IMG/VR virus record: IMGVR_UViG_3300045988_044581
Span: 1 to 42,415 of that record
DNA length: 42,415 nt
Reading direction: 5' to 3' (one strand)
DNA from: a virus
The notes below the pieces were generated by a model. It saw only the letters and a program-made list of their open reading frames with translations, searched no databases and had not been told where the DNA came from. Position numbers and translations under genes: made by a program. Shown in pieces: positions 41,728-42,415 of the stretch. Within the stretch, counting starts at the first letter, position 1; each line of letters begins with the position of its first letter.

Positions 41728-42291
41728 ATGGGTTTAGATATTGATAAAGACGCAGTGGAAAAAGCGGATTGCAGAAGATTGGAGGACAAAATGAACGGAG
41801 TATTAGAAGGAATCGAGAGAGTTGTTGTTGAAAGAGAAGACGGAAAGATTATAGCAACGATTACAGAGGATCGGATTGACTGTGACCAGGAGTACCAAGT
41901 GAGAATGAAACCTGTTATTCCGGAACACAAGCTCTTCATTTCCTGCCCCATGAAGGGCCGAACGGAAGAGAACATCAAAAAGAGCTTTGAAGTCATGCAG
42001 AGAATCGCAGAAGCATATACCGGAGAGACTTTGGAAGTAGTCAATCCTCATGAACCGAAGACTTTTGAAAGTGATGCGGATCGCATTCGAAGCCTTAGCG
42101 ATTCTATCAAGCTGATGGCAGAAGCAGATTACTTCATTACTTTTGAAAATTATTTCGAGTACAGAGGATGCTCAGTAGAAAATCAGGTTGCGGCATTATA
42201 TGGCTTGGAAAGAATGTTAGTAATGACTAAGGTTGCCGCACCCGATGTACTGAATAAAAGGCAAGAACAGATTCCAGTCTATGAAGGATGA
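41728..42291 (+). CDS. Nucleoside 2-deoxyribosyltransferase-like (DUF4406-like) protein with an N-terminal extension
   Basis: LFISCPMKGRTEENIKKSF...NPHE...MAEADYFITF...GCSVENQVAALYG fits the fold signature as recalled. Confidence 0.5.
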   Translation: MGLDIDKDAVEKADCRRLEDKMNGVLEGIERVVVEREDGKIIATITEDRIDCDQEYQVRMKPVIPEHKLFISCPMKGRTEENIKKSFEVMQRIAEAYTGETLEVVNPHEPKTFESDADRIRSLSDSIKLMAEADYFITFENYFEYRGCSVENQVAALYGLERMLVMTKVAAPDVLNKRQEQIPVYEG

Positions 42292-42415
42292 GGTCGCCGT
42301 GTAGTAAAGACTGTGCGGAGCGGTCGGCATCGTGCCACTGCTCCTGTACAGCTTATCAAGAGTATTACAAAGCCAATGCAGCCAAGCGAGAAGAAGTATC
42401 ACGGCAGAAGGCACG
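42288..42415 (+). CDS. 5' part of the junction-spanning Cys-rich ORF (continues at 1..192)
   Basis: ATG 42288 overlaps TGA 42289-42291. Confidence 0.6.
   Translation, partial: MRSPCSKDCAERSASCHCSCTAYQEYYKANAAKREEVSRQKA
42297..42415. repeat. Right copy of the 119-bp terminal direct repeat
   Basis: Identical to 1-119. Confidence 0.95.

Overview
The window is a complete, circularly closed genome of a temperate siphovirus-like phage. Bases 1-119 are identical to 42297-42415, leaving 42,296 bp of unique sequence. Strong AGGAGG ribosome-binding sites and ATGA-coupled genes suggest a Firmicutes/Clostridia-type host.

Layout:
- 1-640: a small Cys-rich ORF spanning the junction, a sigma-like late regulator, and a tRNA-like element that lacks an anticodon arm.
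- 733-21241 (+): late operon. It holds terS, terL, portal, a MuF protein with a C-terminal cargo domain plus a small partner ORF, scaffold, major capsid, head-tail joining proteins, major tail, the G/GT chaperone with a -1 frameshift, tape measure, Dit, Tal, a BppU-like fibre, three small paralogs carrying poly-G tracts, an antisense moron, two holins and a GH24-SH3 endolysin.
- 21360-22292: short operon from a consensus-like promoter. It encodes a small acidic protein, a protein with a ribbon-helix-helix (RHH) domain, and a cas-less triplet of type I-E-like CRISPR repeats with 22-nt pseudo-spacers. This is a candidate RNA anti-CRISPR.
- 22324-24326: a duplicated copy of that promoter drives a 202-aa protein and a large serine integrase.
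- 24327-24505: tRNA-Gly(CCC) and a 30-bp perfect inverted repeat.
- 24533-27462 (-): seven-gene cassette of unknown function on the lysogeny side, including a BclA/C1q-like protein, a Gly/Cys-rich membrane protein and a papain-like protein.
- 27604-29166: two XRE-type regulators and an operator/promoter region.
- 29167-42291 (+): early/replication region. It holds an HUH rolling-circle Rep, an RNase H-like protein, a PcfJ-like protein, an HNH-like protein, a C5-methyltransferase-like protein, paralogous Cys-module genes with a repeated micro-ORF leader, and SSB.

All family assignments are motif recognition from memory. No database search was run.
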